Under the pieces are notes generated by a model, which was not told where the DNA came from, searched no databases, and worked only from the letters and a program-made list of their open reading frames with translations. 64,000 nucleotides of DNA from assembly GCA_030264375.1 (NCBI GenBank), contig JASCQW010000156.1, forward strand, positions 13,507,326 to 13,571,325, in the 5' to 3' direction. Numbering within the stretch: the stretch's first letter is position 1; each line of letters begins with the position of its first letter. The DNA comes from Carcharhinus longimanus. Taxonomy: Eukaryota. Shown here one piece after another: positions 13,626 to 43,469 of the stretch. The position numbers were made by a program, and so were the translations under genes.

Positions 13626-15429
13626 ACTGGTTTCATCAGGGATCCTGCCTTCTTTCTTTGAATGTGTTGACTTCCAGTTTAAAACAAAGATTAGGGAGGG
13701 TGGGGGAACTTGCTTGCAGCCAATCTCAAACCTGTCCTCAACATTCATGTGTACTTTCCAGCAGGGTCATTGAGCTGTGGTCAGGATCAAGGATCCCATT
13801 TACAGCCCAGGTACCAAGGTTAAGTCTAGCATAGTGTACTGGTGCTCCTGTTCAGATCAGCTAACTCAGCACAATGGCATTACTTTGCTTGCAGCTCTCC
13901 TGTGTGGGGAGTTTACATAACCAGGTCTCCAAATGGCAGGCTGTGTTTAAAAGCCATTTGCAATTTATAGCCTTTCAGATGCTGTCATTTCATTCCATTA
14001 ATCTGCATGTCTATACAAATACTGCTGAAAAGTCAGGAAACAATATGCTGCAGGTGAAGTTCTGGGTTCTTCTCAGGAAAGACATGCTGAAGCACGCCAA
14101 TGATAATGTGAAGACCTCCATGCATACGACTGTTCTACCCATGAGTGAAAATAGAATATGAGGGTTTGATTTCAAAGTGGAACAAACTGTTTGAATTTCA
14201 AAGACTAGTGTCAGGACACAAGAAAGTGATTTTCTCCACTGGACATGACCAAACTTGTTTGATTTAGTTGGAAGTTGCAATAAAATCATTTTTGCATTGA
14301 GTAGATTTGGAATTCTTGTATATGTATTGTATTTTTTAAAACTACTTTAGACATTCTTGCAAAAGATCCTCAGCTGAGTTGAAATTTAGATTCCAAGTTC
14401 AAATCTCTCTTAAAGATTCAGTCGGTAAGAGGTGGAAGTAGTACTGAGCTACTCAGAGCAGATTTCTGGTTTTGCTCACTATCCAGCACTGTGAAGCAAG
14501 ATTATCTTTGTGGGCTCTCACTCCCAGTGCTGTATCCCAGCAAATAAGTAAGGAGAAACATTACAATGGAGAAAATTTAGTTCTGTCATATAAATATTGA
14601 GAATCGCACAAAGGAAACTCTACAGTTAAGTTTTTAGGTTTATCTTTGTTTCAGTCTCAGGTTTAGGTTTATCTTTGTTTTTCTGGTACTGCAATTCCAC
14701 CAATTATTATAGGGAAGAAATAAAACCCCAAGACAGATTACATTTTCTTGACAGGATGTGAATCAATAGGGGGTTTCATACAAAAAGATTGTAAAAGAAA
14801 AAGTGTCAAAGAAGGTTTATTCAATGAGCGAATGTCAAAACATTGCGGATGGGGATTTAAGTGTTTACTTACTGATTACCAAGTGTTTACCAAATTCATC
14901 ATATGTCACAGTGTTTCCTGGAAGCTGTTACAGGCTTTTAGGATACTTTCAGAAGATGTCTAGATGCAAGAATAAATATTCCCATATGACTTCCTCGCAC
15001 ATTTGGACCAAATTCCTTTCCAGATTGTTAATGCTAACCTGGGTCTTGTTAAAAAGCACAGTAGAATTTGGTCACAATTAAAGGTTCGGTCACTGCCAGT
15101 TCTAACTGCTGACCCACACAAAGAAACTGCAAGGTGGGTTGGCTCTCTGTTTCATCTCTGAGACCTGTGTTTAAATCCACACCAAAGTTTTTTTTGTTAT
15201 GTAGAGAAACCCAAGTGATAACACAAGACAGCAAAACAAGCTGAAGAATTGAAAAGAAGGTAAATCAGGAAGCAGTTAGATGATGCCAAACATTTTTAGA
15301 AATCATGTAGTTTGTGGGACGAAGAGTAAGCTGCAAGAAGGCAAGGGGTTCTGCAATTTCAAGATCCTCAGGAAAAATGAGTTGAAGTAAGAGTTGCAAA
15401 GATCAAAAAGGAGGAAGAGTCTGAATGGC

Positions 15430-15800
15430 TTGTGTTAGCAGTAGCACTATTGCCACTGAGTTACAAAATTCTGCGTTCAAGTCCCATTTGAGGACCTGAG
15501 TACAATAATCAAGGCTTTTACTTAGGGAGTGCTGCACTGTTGAAGGTGCCATCTTTCAGATGATGTGTTAAATTGAAGTCCTATCTATTCTCTCAATTGG
15601 ATGTAAAAGAACCCACTATTTCACATCACAAAAGCAGATTATCTGGGCAAATCACCTTGCTGTTTATGGGAGCTTGTGTGCACATTGGACACTGTTTCCT
15701 GCATTACAACAGTGACTACACTTCAAAGAAGTATGACATTGGCTGTAAAACACTTCGTCTGGTGATCGTGAGAAGTGCTTTATAAGTGTCAGTCTTTCTC
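15430..15800 (+). mobile_element. DeuSINE-like element
   Basis: gggagtgctgcactgt..ggtgccatctttcagatga..ggatgtaaaaga..cattacaacagtgactacacttcaaa. Confidence 0.75.
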
Positions 15801-16249
15801 TGTTCTTCATTTTGCTGGAGGTTAGGTCTGAGTTGGCTAACTGGTCTTTCATCTGAGTTTTGGGCTCAAATAACATTTAAGTATTCAAATGTGCTCTTGT
15901 GATGCCATACAAAGCCATGGGCTAAGTGCTGGAAAATGGGATTAGAATAGTTGGGTGGTTTGTCTTTGGCTGGCATAAACCCCATGGGCAAAAGGCCCTT
16001 TCTGTGTGCTGTAGATCTCTATGACTCTATAAATACAGCCCACACCCTTTAGGTTTCTGCATAAATAGGGAGAATGGTTGTATCAGTATATTATGCTATT
16101 AGTGGAAACAGTAGTATTTTGATTTTGTTTATTGTGGACTAGTAATCTAGAGACCTGAACTAATGATCCAGATACGTGAGTCCAAATCTCTCATGAGGCT
16201 GGAGAATTTAAATTACTCAATTAAATAATACTGATATAAAAAGAATAAG

Positions 16250-17545
16250 ACTGGACAAACTACCTGGCATTTGCCTAGACTTTGGATTCAGAAAGGACAA
16301 AGGGACATTTGGCCCAGTCAATCTGGCAAAGTGCTCTTCATTAACATTCGTGGCAAAATTGTCGCAAAAGCCTGATTTAATCTTACTCACAGAATCCTAT
16401 CTCTCACCCAATGACCCAGACCCCTCCATCACCATCCCTGGGTATTCCACTGACAGGGCAGAACCACCAGAGGATGTGATCTTGGGGGTTATCATCAATG
16501 GCTCTGGACCAATTGGGTTCATGACAAGCATTGAAGGCAGCAAGTGTACAGAACATACTCAGGTTGGAGGGCTTCAAAGTGTAACACTACAATTAACTGA
16601 GCAGGCAGAGTCATGAAGAACATTGCTGTGTTAATAGAATTGTAAAATCCCTACGGTGTAGAAGGAGGCCATTTTGCACCGACAACAATTCAACCAAGCT
16701 CGATGCTTGTAACCCTATCTATTTACATTGCTAATCCCCTGACACTAAGGGGCAATTTACCATGGCCAATCCACCTAATCTACAATCTACAGAGCATCCA
16801 GAGGAAACCCACGCAGATGCGGGAAGAATGTGTAACCTCCACACAAACAGCCACCCAAGGCCAGAATCGAACCCGGATCCCTGGCGCTGTGAGGCAGCAG
16901 TGCAAACCATTGTGCCACGCCCCTACTAGGCATGCAGCAGGAGGTGAGAGAACTGACTTGACCTCTTGCGGAAAAAGCTTATTTGATCATCACCTCACCA
17001 GTTGACCAGTAGCAGATGCATCTGGCCATGACAGTATTGGTGGAATTCACTTTCCACTCACCTGACGAAGGAACAGCGTTCCAAAAGCTTGTGGGTTTAC
17101 TATCAAATAAACTTGTTGGACTTTATCCTGGTGTTGTGAGACTTCTTACTGTCAATACCATCAAGCCAGGGGACCAATCCTGGTTCGATGAGTGCCAGGC
17201 ATCTGTGCAAATGTGGTGCCAATCTGGGGTGAAGTCACAACAGAGGACTAAATGCATGATAATCAGTGGAGTTAGTGTGCTATCGACTGAACTAATTGAT
17301 CGCATAAACAATGGATCAAGTCAAAACTCATCAGCCCAATCAGAACAAGTAATGAATGGTGGTAGGCAATTAAATAAAAAAACTTAGAGGAGGAGTCTTC
17401 ATGGGGTAAAGCGCCACACAAGTGCAAAAGTTAAGGCTGAAGTATTTGCAACCATCTTCAGCCAAAAGTGTTGAGCTCAGCCTCCTCCTGAGGTCCTCAT
17501 CATCACAGATGCCAGTCTTCAGCAAATTCAATTCACTTCACATGT
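16250..17545 (+). mobile_element. Scattered fragments (endonuclease/linker region) of the same LINE family as 57160-59080, interrupted by younger insertions
   Basis: KPDLILLTESYLS..ITIPGY, TIKPGDQSWFDEC, aaggctgaag.atttgcaaccatcttcagccaaaagtg, cacagatgccagtcttcagc. Confidence 0.65.
16635..16921 (-). mobile_element. HE1/V-SINE-like SINE
   Basis: Reverse complement of the head (ccctggcgctgtgaggcagcagtgc..acca.tgtgcc) and tail. Confidence 0.8.
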
Positions 17546-17555
17546 ATATGTACTT

Positions 17556-17806
17556 GCAGCACAGTGGTTAGCACTGCTGTTTCACAGAACCAGGGACCCA
17601 GCTTGAGTTACTGTCTGTGCATAGATTTCACGTTCTCCCCTTGTCTGTGTGGGTTTCCTCAGAGTGCTTGGGTTTCCTCCCTTAGTCCATTTGCCATGCT
17701 AAATTCTCCCTCGGTGTATCCGAACAGGTGCTGGAGTGTGGCAAGTAGGGGATTTTCATGGCAGTGTTAATGTAAGCCTACTTGTGACACTAGCAAAAAA
17801 ACTTAA
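17556..17806 (+). mobile_element. V-SINE (second tail type)
   Basis: cacagtggttagcactgctg...ccgaacaggtgctggagtgtggc...gtaagcctacttgtgacac. Confidence 0.8.
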
Positions 17807-18111
17807 ATCTTCCTGGACCATCAAGCCCTGGAGCAGAACTTGAACCAGAGCTTCTAGCTCAGAGGTAAGGACACTACCCACTGTGCCACAAGACTTCCTA
17901 GGTTTATCTCTATAGCTGTAAAAAGTCAAACAGCACATACAAATCAAGATGGTGTGTATGATTTTAAAAACGTGGACTGAATTAAATCTGTGTGCCTTGT
18001 TCCTCTGCTGTCTGACTTCTCCTCACCTGATGACTACTCTGGGTCTGACTTACTATGGAAGGCTGAGATTGATTTTGATTAATGTTTTACTATGTGTTAT
18101 TTTATTTCCAG

Positions 18112-33729
<15,618 letters not shown>

Positions 33730-36700
33730 GGACAGAAAAGGGAAAAGCAGAAAACAGAGAAACCCAGCAGTTTGTTACCTTGTTCAAAGCACTGACTGTT
33801 GTAAAATAAGCTGAGAGAGATTGGAGTGTATGCTCTAACTGACCATACCCGCTTTAGTGCTACAAACATTGTCCCTGGTGGGTTTATACCCAGGCACGTT
33901 GAATACTTTCTTTGAAAAACAAAAGGGGCTTGGATAGCAATCAAACTTGGGTCATGGGGTCACCTCATCACTGGTTCTTGTGGCTGATCTGAATGCTATG
34001 TGTTTTCCTCCTTTCCTTGCCCTTTGTCTCCATTTCTAATCAGGAGGGCAAATTACCAGAAGTGCCATGATCATGACCCCCCTTCCCCAGTCAATACCCC
34101 AGACTTGTTGCAGTCCTTCAATCCATGAATATGGATGAATGGAGCTTCTTGTATAATCAAAGCACAGCATCTCTCACATTCTTCCTCCAACCTCCCACCC
34201 GCTCCCCACCCCCCCATTCTAATGCCCCCTATCGTGCATGCGTGGGAGTCTCTCACTTTCTGTTGGACAGCCAAAAATATTTCTAATCATCCAAAGTTTG
34301 TCAGTTCACTGTGGAGACTGCAGGAGAGGGTGGGTTTGCTACTCATTTTACTTATGTACTTGTACACTTCCATAGTTGAGATTTTCTTTCTCCCAATGTT
34401 AAAGAAAATGTTTGGTCATCTGAACAAAATGTGCATTGAAATATTAGTCACTGGGAACAGAAAGTGTGTTAGCCACGGTATGGTTCTCCCATTCCTCATC
34501 TAGTTTCTGGTTTTTATGTGCATGAAAATTCTCTTAGAGATATCTTGGGGCAGGACAAGGATGGAAGTGGGAGGTGTGGGGAAAAGCACATTTTTACTGT
34601 TAAAACCAAGTGACTCGTGTCCCAGGGAGGGGAGGATTTTGATGGTACACAGGATTAAAGTATCATCCTAACAGTTAAGAAAATAACTGGAAATATAAAA
34701 TAAAACAGAAAATGCTGGATATGTACAACAGCACCAAAAGCATTTATTAAGAGAGGAGAGAGGCAGATTAATGTTTAAGACATGGAACTAGAAACTGGAA
34801 TATAAGCAAACCCTTGGAACATTGTCCAAAAAGTATTTGTTGTGCTTCCTTTTGCCAAAATACATCCATTGGGGTGAATCTTGTGCCCTCCCTCATGGTA
34901 GATTTGGTGATGAGGGAGCATTTAATTGGGCAGAAGGGTGGTGATTAGGACCATGCTGTCTTCCTACTTCCATCTGTGGTAGGAAGACCTGTGAATGGTC
35001 TTCTCACACTATCGCCAATTGAGGCCTTTGAGTGTCCAATTTTGCTGATTTAAGAGTCTTATTCCCCTCTCACTGGTACTGACCAGTGGGTAGGGGGCTA
35101 GTAATGCAGGGAACATGACAAGCAAACCCTTGTGTGTGGGCTCCCAGGGCACCCCTTCTCAAAGGCGCTCAATGCTTGATTGGGGGATCTGGCATGGGGG
35201 GAGGGGGAGATGCTGAAAGCCATCCTATGCCCTTTTTGCCAACCTCCTCACCTCATCCCTCATCCACAACCCCATCACTCATGGGTCCATCATGATATTC
35301 AGGTCTTGGGTGGATGTCATTCCAGCAGCCACTGCCTTCCCAATGGTGCTGCCATCAATAGAGTTACTGGCTTCTGATTGGCTAGCAGCTTTTGGTGGAC
35401 GGGACTTCTGCCCCCAGGGTTCATAATCCCAGGGGCAGGCTCACCACTGGCCTGTTATAAATGCTTCATTGGCACAAGATGCAGTGGGACTTGTAATAAG
35501 TAGGCAGTGCAGGGATCTTATCAGCTCTCCAGCCGGCAGCCAAGAACCCTGTTGCTTTTACAAGATATTCAGCCCATTGTTCGAATTGTTTATAGATTTC
35601 TACATCACTTCATCTTCAAAAGCAAATCGTACTATACATAGTGTTAAACTCAATACAATCCAGTTCTAATGAGTGGCTCACTCATCTTCCAGTTCCTGCA
35701 CTGGGTCCACATCCAAAAGGTTAATGTGTCTTTCCTCTTCTGTTCTTGTAATTTGGCAGAAATGTAAATTGTATCGAACTACTGAGATGACAGCCACTCT
35801 CCCACCACCCCCATACTCCAACCAAGCTGGAATGAGTTAAGTAGAACTCACTCCAGTGCTAAAAGTATCAATAGTAGGGAAAATTGGGCGGAGGGTAAGA
35901 CAGGCTATAAATTTGCTATTGCTTGTTTGGTGCTACTTCCCATGAGGAATTTCTTCTTCATTGTGTTCTGTTGTACCCTGAGTTAACTTTTAAACTCTAC
36001 ATCCAATCCATCCTCCAACAGGGCCTATTTCCCCTAGCATGATATTGCCTGCTTTATCTTTCCCCTACGTTGCTTATATTCTCATTCATTTTTCCTTACC
36101 TCCACAGTTGGCTTTTCCAAGTCCCTTTCAAAAGCCACCAAGTTCCACCCTATAACAATCCCAGACCGCTACCACCTGTGTCCTAACCCATATTAATTCC
36201 TGAACATCTACAACCCTTGCTCTCAGCAAGCTACTCCAGCTTGTTATTCCCAGAAGCACTATTTCAAATCCGTACCTTTTAATCATCAAGCCTATGAAAT
36301 CTCATCTAAAACAGTATGTCTTGCCCTGAAATCTGTTTCTTTAGGCAAGTCTTCCGTGCCTCCAGAACTCTTCTCCAAAGCCGTATTCAGTGTTTAGTAA
36401 GGTACCTCGGAATGCTCTATTAAGTTATGCACTGGTATAAATGTCAGTGGTTGTTGTCGCTTAGAAGGGAAAAGGTGGGGGTTGTCTCAATATGTCACCA
36501 ATAAGGGCTGCTCAGTTTCAGATTATATGTTGATTAAACTGGCAACTTCAGCATACACTCAACAAACAGAAACAGCAACACTCCATCTTATCCTCAATTC
36601 TGATCCAATCCCTGCACGTGCACACTTATTCCATTATATCATTCACTGTTATATTTGTTATCAAACAGAGTAAATGACAAAGGTTTTGTAATACCCCAAA

Positions 36701-39700
36701 GCATTCACTGAATCCCTAGGATGATTAACCCTGCATGGCTAAATCCTCTCCACCCTAAAAGTTTTCCTTTGATTGAAAGATCTGTAAGCATCACATAAGG
36801 GAAGCTCAAAAGGGCAGAACCCATTGAATGGTGAGCGCTGGGAGAGATTGCACTGATACCAGTTAATGGCAGCTCTCCACTGCACTCTGTGGACAGACTG
36901 CGCAGTTGCATGATGTTTAAGGATGACAGTGGCAATCACTGCCTGAAGCAGACTTGGAAATACTGGGAATTGAAATTTTATACATACAAGAGGATACTGT
37001 GATTTGTAATGATATAAGATAAAGTTGTATTTGGAGAATGGATTGGAAGGTTGCTCTGTCTGAAGATTGCCACTGTAGAATAGACAAAAAGACCCAAGTG
37101 TTGTTTGACTGACGACTATCCATTTACCAGCACCCCTGACTCTCTCCTTCCCCTTCAATCCAGCCCCATTTTCCTGGTCCGTTCATTTCAGATATTTTGA
37201 TGCATGTTAGATTGTTATTTTTAAACTGAAATTCTTTAACTGCTGTTTCTTCGGTGGAACTGTACACATGATTCCTCTGAAAATGAGAAGTTCCTTTTTT
37301 AAACTTTATGTATATACATTATTTTTCTTTTCTGATGTATTGTGCAGTGTACACCTTGCAGGGCAAGGGAATTCTACGCCTTTGTTGTATTATCTAATGA
37401 GTAAAACAGTCCTCTAACTGTCTGTGGCTGGTGCAGAATTTGAGTTTTGTAGCTTTAGGCCTGCAGCATTCCAGCTAGAACCAGCAGCTATTGCTTTCGT
37501 CCTGTTGTACAAAAGACTGAATTCCTGGAAGAGTCTTCGGAAAGATGATGAAACAAAGGGCAGGGTGGATATTAAAAATATAACTGAGGGGCTCTGGAGG
37601 TGTACTGGGTTAGTCAATGACTGAAAGGTGAAAGACGGTGAACATTGATCAGTTTTTCTTGTTTCTTTCAGGAGTTGATAAAGGTGCCATGTATTTCCAG
37701 CCCCCTCTATTTTCAGAATGTGGCAGCCCATCAATGCCTGCGAGGAAGGGAGAGAGAGAACTAGTAGCAATTAGGAGTAAATCAAGTTCTGATTTTTGCT
37801 CCCATGTAAACTTCATTCAAAACCTTTAATCGCCGATTGATGCTTCCACTTCACTGGACACAAGTGTAAAGTAGGCAGAAGAGGGAGAATTGGCTTGTGT
37901 TTCTCAAAAGAAAATCAGATTGTTTGATGTTAGGTTTTACATTCTAGATACTTACAGATTTCCGTGAAACCGAGGTAGTGCAGTCCACACTATGTCAACA
38001 GCAGGCCAGGTTTTGATTAGGTCAGAAGCTGCCCAGTTTGCACGTCCCTCGGTTTGGTCAGTTTAAAACACAGTAAACCTGATGTGGCGTGCAGAATATG
38101 TCTTCTCTTATACGATAACCAAGTCACTGGCACAGGACATGATTGATATTCTGGGCTTCTATGAGCATTGGAAGCCAGAAAAAGGATTATTGGCATGACA
38201 ACAGAGCACTAATCCATGTCTAAAGGTGGGATTATCAACTCGAGGTGGATGTACCATGGTTTCAAAACATCATCTCCACTAAATAATGTAAAAAAAAGAT
38301 TTCCACTCATCTCCAAAGTGTAATCATAAAAATATTCAATTTTTTAAAAAAATGTTCTTTTTAATGTCCTATTAATTTTAAGTTGGTCACAGCAGTGCCT
38401 AGGAGATTTTTTTAATTTTTGGATACTCAGGACAGTTGGAAACCTTATGCCCTGTCAGGCAGGGAAACATCCATAGCACTGGATTTAAAAAGGAGGGGAG
38501 AGGATAGATAACAGGTACAGGGAGTCCTTTATCAGAATAAACATACTTGGGGATAGGTACTCCGAGAAGCTCATTGTAAAGAGCATATCTGGAATGTTAC
38601 CCATGATTTCTTAACAGGTCAGATTGTGAGTTTATTAAGGTTACCGTGCGTCAGAGAGATGATTCCTTCCCTCCCAAATTAAGGGGATTTTGTTCTCTTT
38701 CAGTACACCGCCAGATTTTTACGGTGTGCAACACTGTTATTGTAGTCATAAATTCTTCTGTGCACTATTTTTAGGTTAACAAGGTCCACTTAAATTTCTG
38801 CCCATACTATTTGAGTGCCCATACCATTTGTGTAAGAGTGTTGGCCATTGCACTGTAAAGAACAGACTGAACTAGTTAATCTGTCAGGCATTTGAGCGAT
38901 GTTGAGACATGTAAGAAAGCAGCATCTGCTACAACACAAAGCAGCAGGAGATTCAGGAATGAATCCGTCCCTACCTCCCCACCTCCCCTACACACACCTC
39001 CAAAACAAATCTCTCCAAAATGATGCTGGAATTTTACCACATTTGGTGGCATTTATTACATTGGAGATCAGAGATGAGCAATTGCACCGAGCTACTGACA
39101 ATGGAAAGAATGTTTCCATTCCACCCTCTTCACCCTTCTGACAAAAGAGATCAGGTATTGCAGGGGAAGAACATAACATTGAAGTGTATTGAATTGTGCT
39201 AAAACAAATGCAATCAGTTCTGGATGTCCTTAATCTGAATTCATCTGTCTCAGCAATAGGAGATCCTGCCTTTTCCCCAAAGCGAGGGTTTGAACACAAA
39301 ACACAACAGGCACTCAGACCCTTTTGCAAATCTTCTAGCATGTAAGAAAATGGCTGAACCCTTCAGTTCTAAGTTGGGGAAAGATTCCTGGTACAAGAAT
39401 CAGAGAAATAGTGTTAATAAGAAGAAAGTAAATATAAATTGTTCTTTTGGAAATTAATCAATTACTTACCAATTTTTCTTCCCTGAACTCCTGAAGGTGC
39501 TTCCACATGGGGTTCATGTTTTATTCACCCTTGAAATTCAAGTGGTGACTCTTTATTTGTGAGACTAGATGATGAGTGTCAACAGGTTATTCAGCTGTAG
39601 GGTGCATCGCCAGCTAAGCCAGTGGCCGCGCACACATTTTCTGCAGGGATTACACACGCTTTCCAGCAGGGATTATTAAATGGACAATTGTGGCTGCTGT

Positions 39701-40898
39701 TCTCATCCCAGGGTGCAAAGACTAATGGTGGTGTTCCTACTGTCATACTATCTAAAATCAGCTAATTTATAGGTTTAGACTGAACTCTAGGGTCAAATCC
39801 AAATTATTTGTAACCTTTAAGGCCTATAAGTATCAGTTGCCTTTTTTGGAATGTCCTGACATTATTATAAATTTAGTTAAACATTATGAGGGGGGTCTGA
39901 AACAGAACAAAAAGCCAATGATTTTTGAAATAGTATCTTGTAAATACTAGTAATTTGCCTGTAGTCAGTGAGTTAATGTACAAAATTAACACATGAAAAG
40001 ACCAGGTGGTCATTCAACCTTTCCCTCACTGCCAGAACAAAACTAAATATTCCTCACTCTCCCTACAGCCATGAAAGCCCCCTCAAGAGAGGTGAACAAA
40101 AATAAGATAAAAATACATTGTTGAAAGTTCACCTCCTATCCCTTCAAGTAATCAAAATGGGCCCAGGAGATCATATAGACTGAGTGTTTTCTATGAAGGC
40201 AATTAACTTCTATATGATGGAATTTCTGCCCTCGTCAAGAACTGGGCCAGCTCCCTCTTGAAGATCCTGAGCCATCAAACCCAACCCACTGAGCAAAACC
40301 CAATTAGGCTACACCATTGTGATTTGCTCTGACTTCCCACATATTCTCTTTCTAAACAGGTGTCTCACTGGGTAGTTTGGAATTAGGCTGCTGGTCGCTC
40401 ACTGTCTAACTCGCACGGGAAAATTGGGTGAGGTATCAGGTGCACAATGCTACCATGGAGCTATGAGCCAAGAAGGAATTGATAGATGTGGCAGAGCTGG
40501 GGAGTATTTCCATGGTAATATTGCTCATTTATTTCCGGAGTTCTTGAAAGAGACATTTCCACAGCACTTAGAACCCATAAATAATTTAAGTCTGCAAGTT
40601 TTATATGGTGAACTCACTGTTCTAGGAGCTTTTTCTCAATTGTAAACTGGTGCACACTGTAAAATTACATTTTGGGCACTTGTGACCCCTCACCTTTGAA
40701 TAGTAGCAATTTAAAGCACTTTATTGCTTTAAACATACATTTAAGATTAAAAGGAAAAAAAAATTGTTTCAATGTCAACTAATGCTTCTTAAGCCAGTAT
40801 TAATTGTTACCTTATATTCCAAACAAGTCGTAACTGTGTACTTTTTTATTATTTGTAATGTATCCTTTGAAATTATGTTTCAAAACATTTTGTAACAC

Positions 40899-40904
40899 AA
40901 TAAA
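40899..40904 (+). terminator. Candidate distal TP73 polyadenylation signal AATAAA
   Basis: Follows about 300 bp of U-rich sequence with repeated TGTA elements and precedes a GU/U-rich tract; no transcript evidence. Confidence 0.4.
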
Positions 40905-43469
40905 GCACATGGATCCTGCATCTATCTCTGTGTTGGTATCTAATTTACTTTTTCAGAATTTGCATTCAATTGCAGAAATTTAAAAATTCCCCTGGGCAAC
41001 TATCTCACAGATGAATAAGTCAAATTTAATTTCCATTCCATGGAATGCTACAGATTTTTCTTCATTTTTAATCAAGATCAACGGATATATCCATGAAAAT
41101 GAAAAATTTGTACATATGATATGCAGATACAGATTTTGTGTACTGGGTAGAATATATATCAATAAAACTGAGGGTATTTCAAGTCTTGGATGTGCTTTGT
41201 GAGTTTAAAAATATTTCACAGTTAAATACACATTCCTAGGTAATGGCAACTTCTAACCCTTATTGATTTTTAATGCAGGAATTTTATTCTGAGCAATTTT
41301 TTTTCATTTGCTATCCTAAAGGGCTTGGATGTGGTTTCACTAATGGGTTGCTGCCTTTTTTTAACTGTGTCCTTTATATTTAACCTAAATAAGTGGTAGT
41401 GTTAGGTATTCTGCCCAACTCCTAATTTGTCTACAGACACAGTTTACAGCTGAGATTAATGCAAGTATTCTGACTTAGTGTTTGCCCTCACACACCACCA
41501 GTTCATTTAGCACAGATAAATCAGGCCGTTGCCCAAATCTGTGTGGCTCAATCCCACACCAAATGTGGGATTATTTTAGAGTGTAGGGGGGTGCTCCCCA
41601 ATATCTCAGCCAGTATTTATCTTTCAACCACCATCATTAAAATACAGATTAGATGGTTGTCACATTACTGTGGGACCTTTGTGTGTTCAGATAGGCTGCT
41701 GTATTTCTTACACACTTCGACTGCCTAATTAGCACTTTAAGGCATCCTGGGGTCAGAAGGAGCTACATAAATAATACAAGTTCCCACACCCACTTGAAAC
41801 TGACTAAAACTCCCTTCAGAATCAATCGTCAGGAGTGAGTAAGTAAAGGAGAATTTTGTATTTTTGGCCAAGACTATATTATCAAATAAATAGGTTGGAC
41901 TAAAACCTGGTGTTGTCAGACTTTTTACTGTAATCAAAACCAACAGTTTAGAATGTTATCATCCCAAATAATTTTATTTGCAAGTCTAATATTGTAAAAA
42001 TGAATACATAAAAACAAATCAGAAGCAGTTGACCCAAGAAAAATAATGTACATCAAACTGTTCAACTGCATTTGAAGACTACTGGAAAATGCCAATTAAT
42101 ACAAACTAAAAGGTAACAGCAAATGCTAATCTTCAGAGATCAGTGACCAGCAAGAATCAAATAAGAACATCGCCAAAATACATAACTGTTACTGTTGAAC
42201 AACAGGTAACATTGTTAATTTAATTCAAATACTGTTCTTCTATAGTTTTACGTTTAAAAAAAAGTCATGTTTGAAACATTTTTTAAATTACAAGTATAAC
42301 TCAATCTGTTACAGTAGTAAAATAGCATCAATCAGATAAAATTGTAAAATATGCTAAATGTTGGTCTCTTTCTTTCGCCTTTATAAAAATGATGGTGCAT
42401 TATATTTAACTGGGAATTTCAATCATAATTTTTTGTTCCAATTTTCCTCTTTACCTTGCTTGCTCAGTTTGATTCACTGCCAGTACTTGGCTAAGTGGTA
42501 ATTCTTCAAGCTTAATTTTTGACAATGAACATCAGCAAGCTATTCAAACTCATCATAAGCAAAGCATCACAGCCAACCTGAAATCTGCACCTCAACACTT
42601 TTCAAAGTCACCACATAGCAAAAGGCAATAAAGACTTTGGCTGAATTTCCCTCTGCAGCCCAATGATGCTGCTGTGGTTTATTCATGCATCCTCACCACT
42701 AGCCTGTCTGAGATCAGCTAACATACCACACACTGGAGGTTGAACCAGGGTCCAAGTTAGTTTCAAAGCACTTTTATAGCTTTACACAAAAATACCTGCT
42801 GTTTTCCAAAACATTATCATCCTCACATCATTTGATTAAGGCACCTACTTGTATGCACTCACAGCTCTTCAATCACTGTGCTTTTCCAGTGCATTGTTAA
42901 ATATTAGAAGTCCATAGTTGCTATGGAGGGGAGGAAAATGAACTATTCCTTTAATAAACCTATCAGGTTAGTGGCGGAGACAACCAAATCATTAAGGCAT
43001 TAATCAGGTTGAGTGCTACGAAAAACAAATGCTATTCAGCTTTAAAAGAAAACCCTGGAAACAGTCAAATCCTCCTCTTACATTGCTGGACCTATAATCA
43101 AAACCAGCCCACTGGTAGTAAATGTCTTCATTTTCCATTAGCTGCAAGGGCTCCAAAGTGAAATGTTTTAGTGACCAGTGGGTACTGCAGGAAATAATGC
43201 CTAATAAAACTTGTATTATGAGTTAGCTGTATAAGATTCCGCTGAATTTAGTGAAATAGGACTCTATTACATTATTTTAAGGACCTTTCAGATTGATAAA
43301 ACCAATGTTGGTGATGCCTTTTAAAAGGGGCTGCTACTGGTGCCTCCAGTTCCAATTTTGCAGTCATCCACAGAGTGGGGAGGGGGGTTGTTTTGTTTAG
43401 ACTGTATTTAATGTCCAGTCCTATGCAAGACCTTGAGAATATTCAATACTAATACTAGAGGCAGAAACT

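Noticed and set aside
14631-14682. Local ~19-bp duplication (tttaggtttatctttgttt)
   Set aside because: Ordinary slippage duplication with no functional context.
1-18111. TP73 exon 4 or the DeltaN promoter/exon 3'
   Set aside because: No PSNTDYPG or QQSSTAKSATWT coding sequence was found; the stretch appears to be intron 4.
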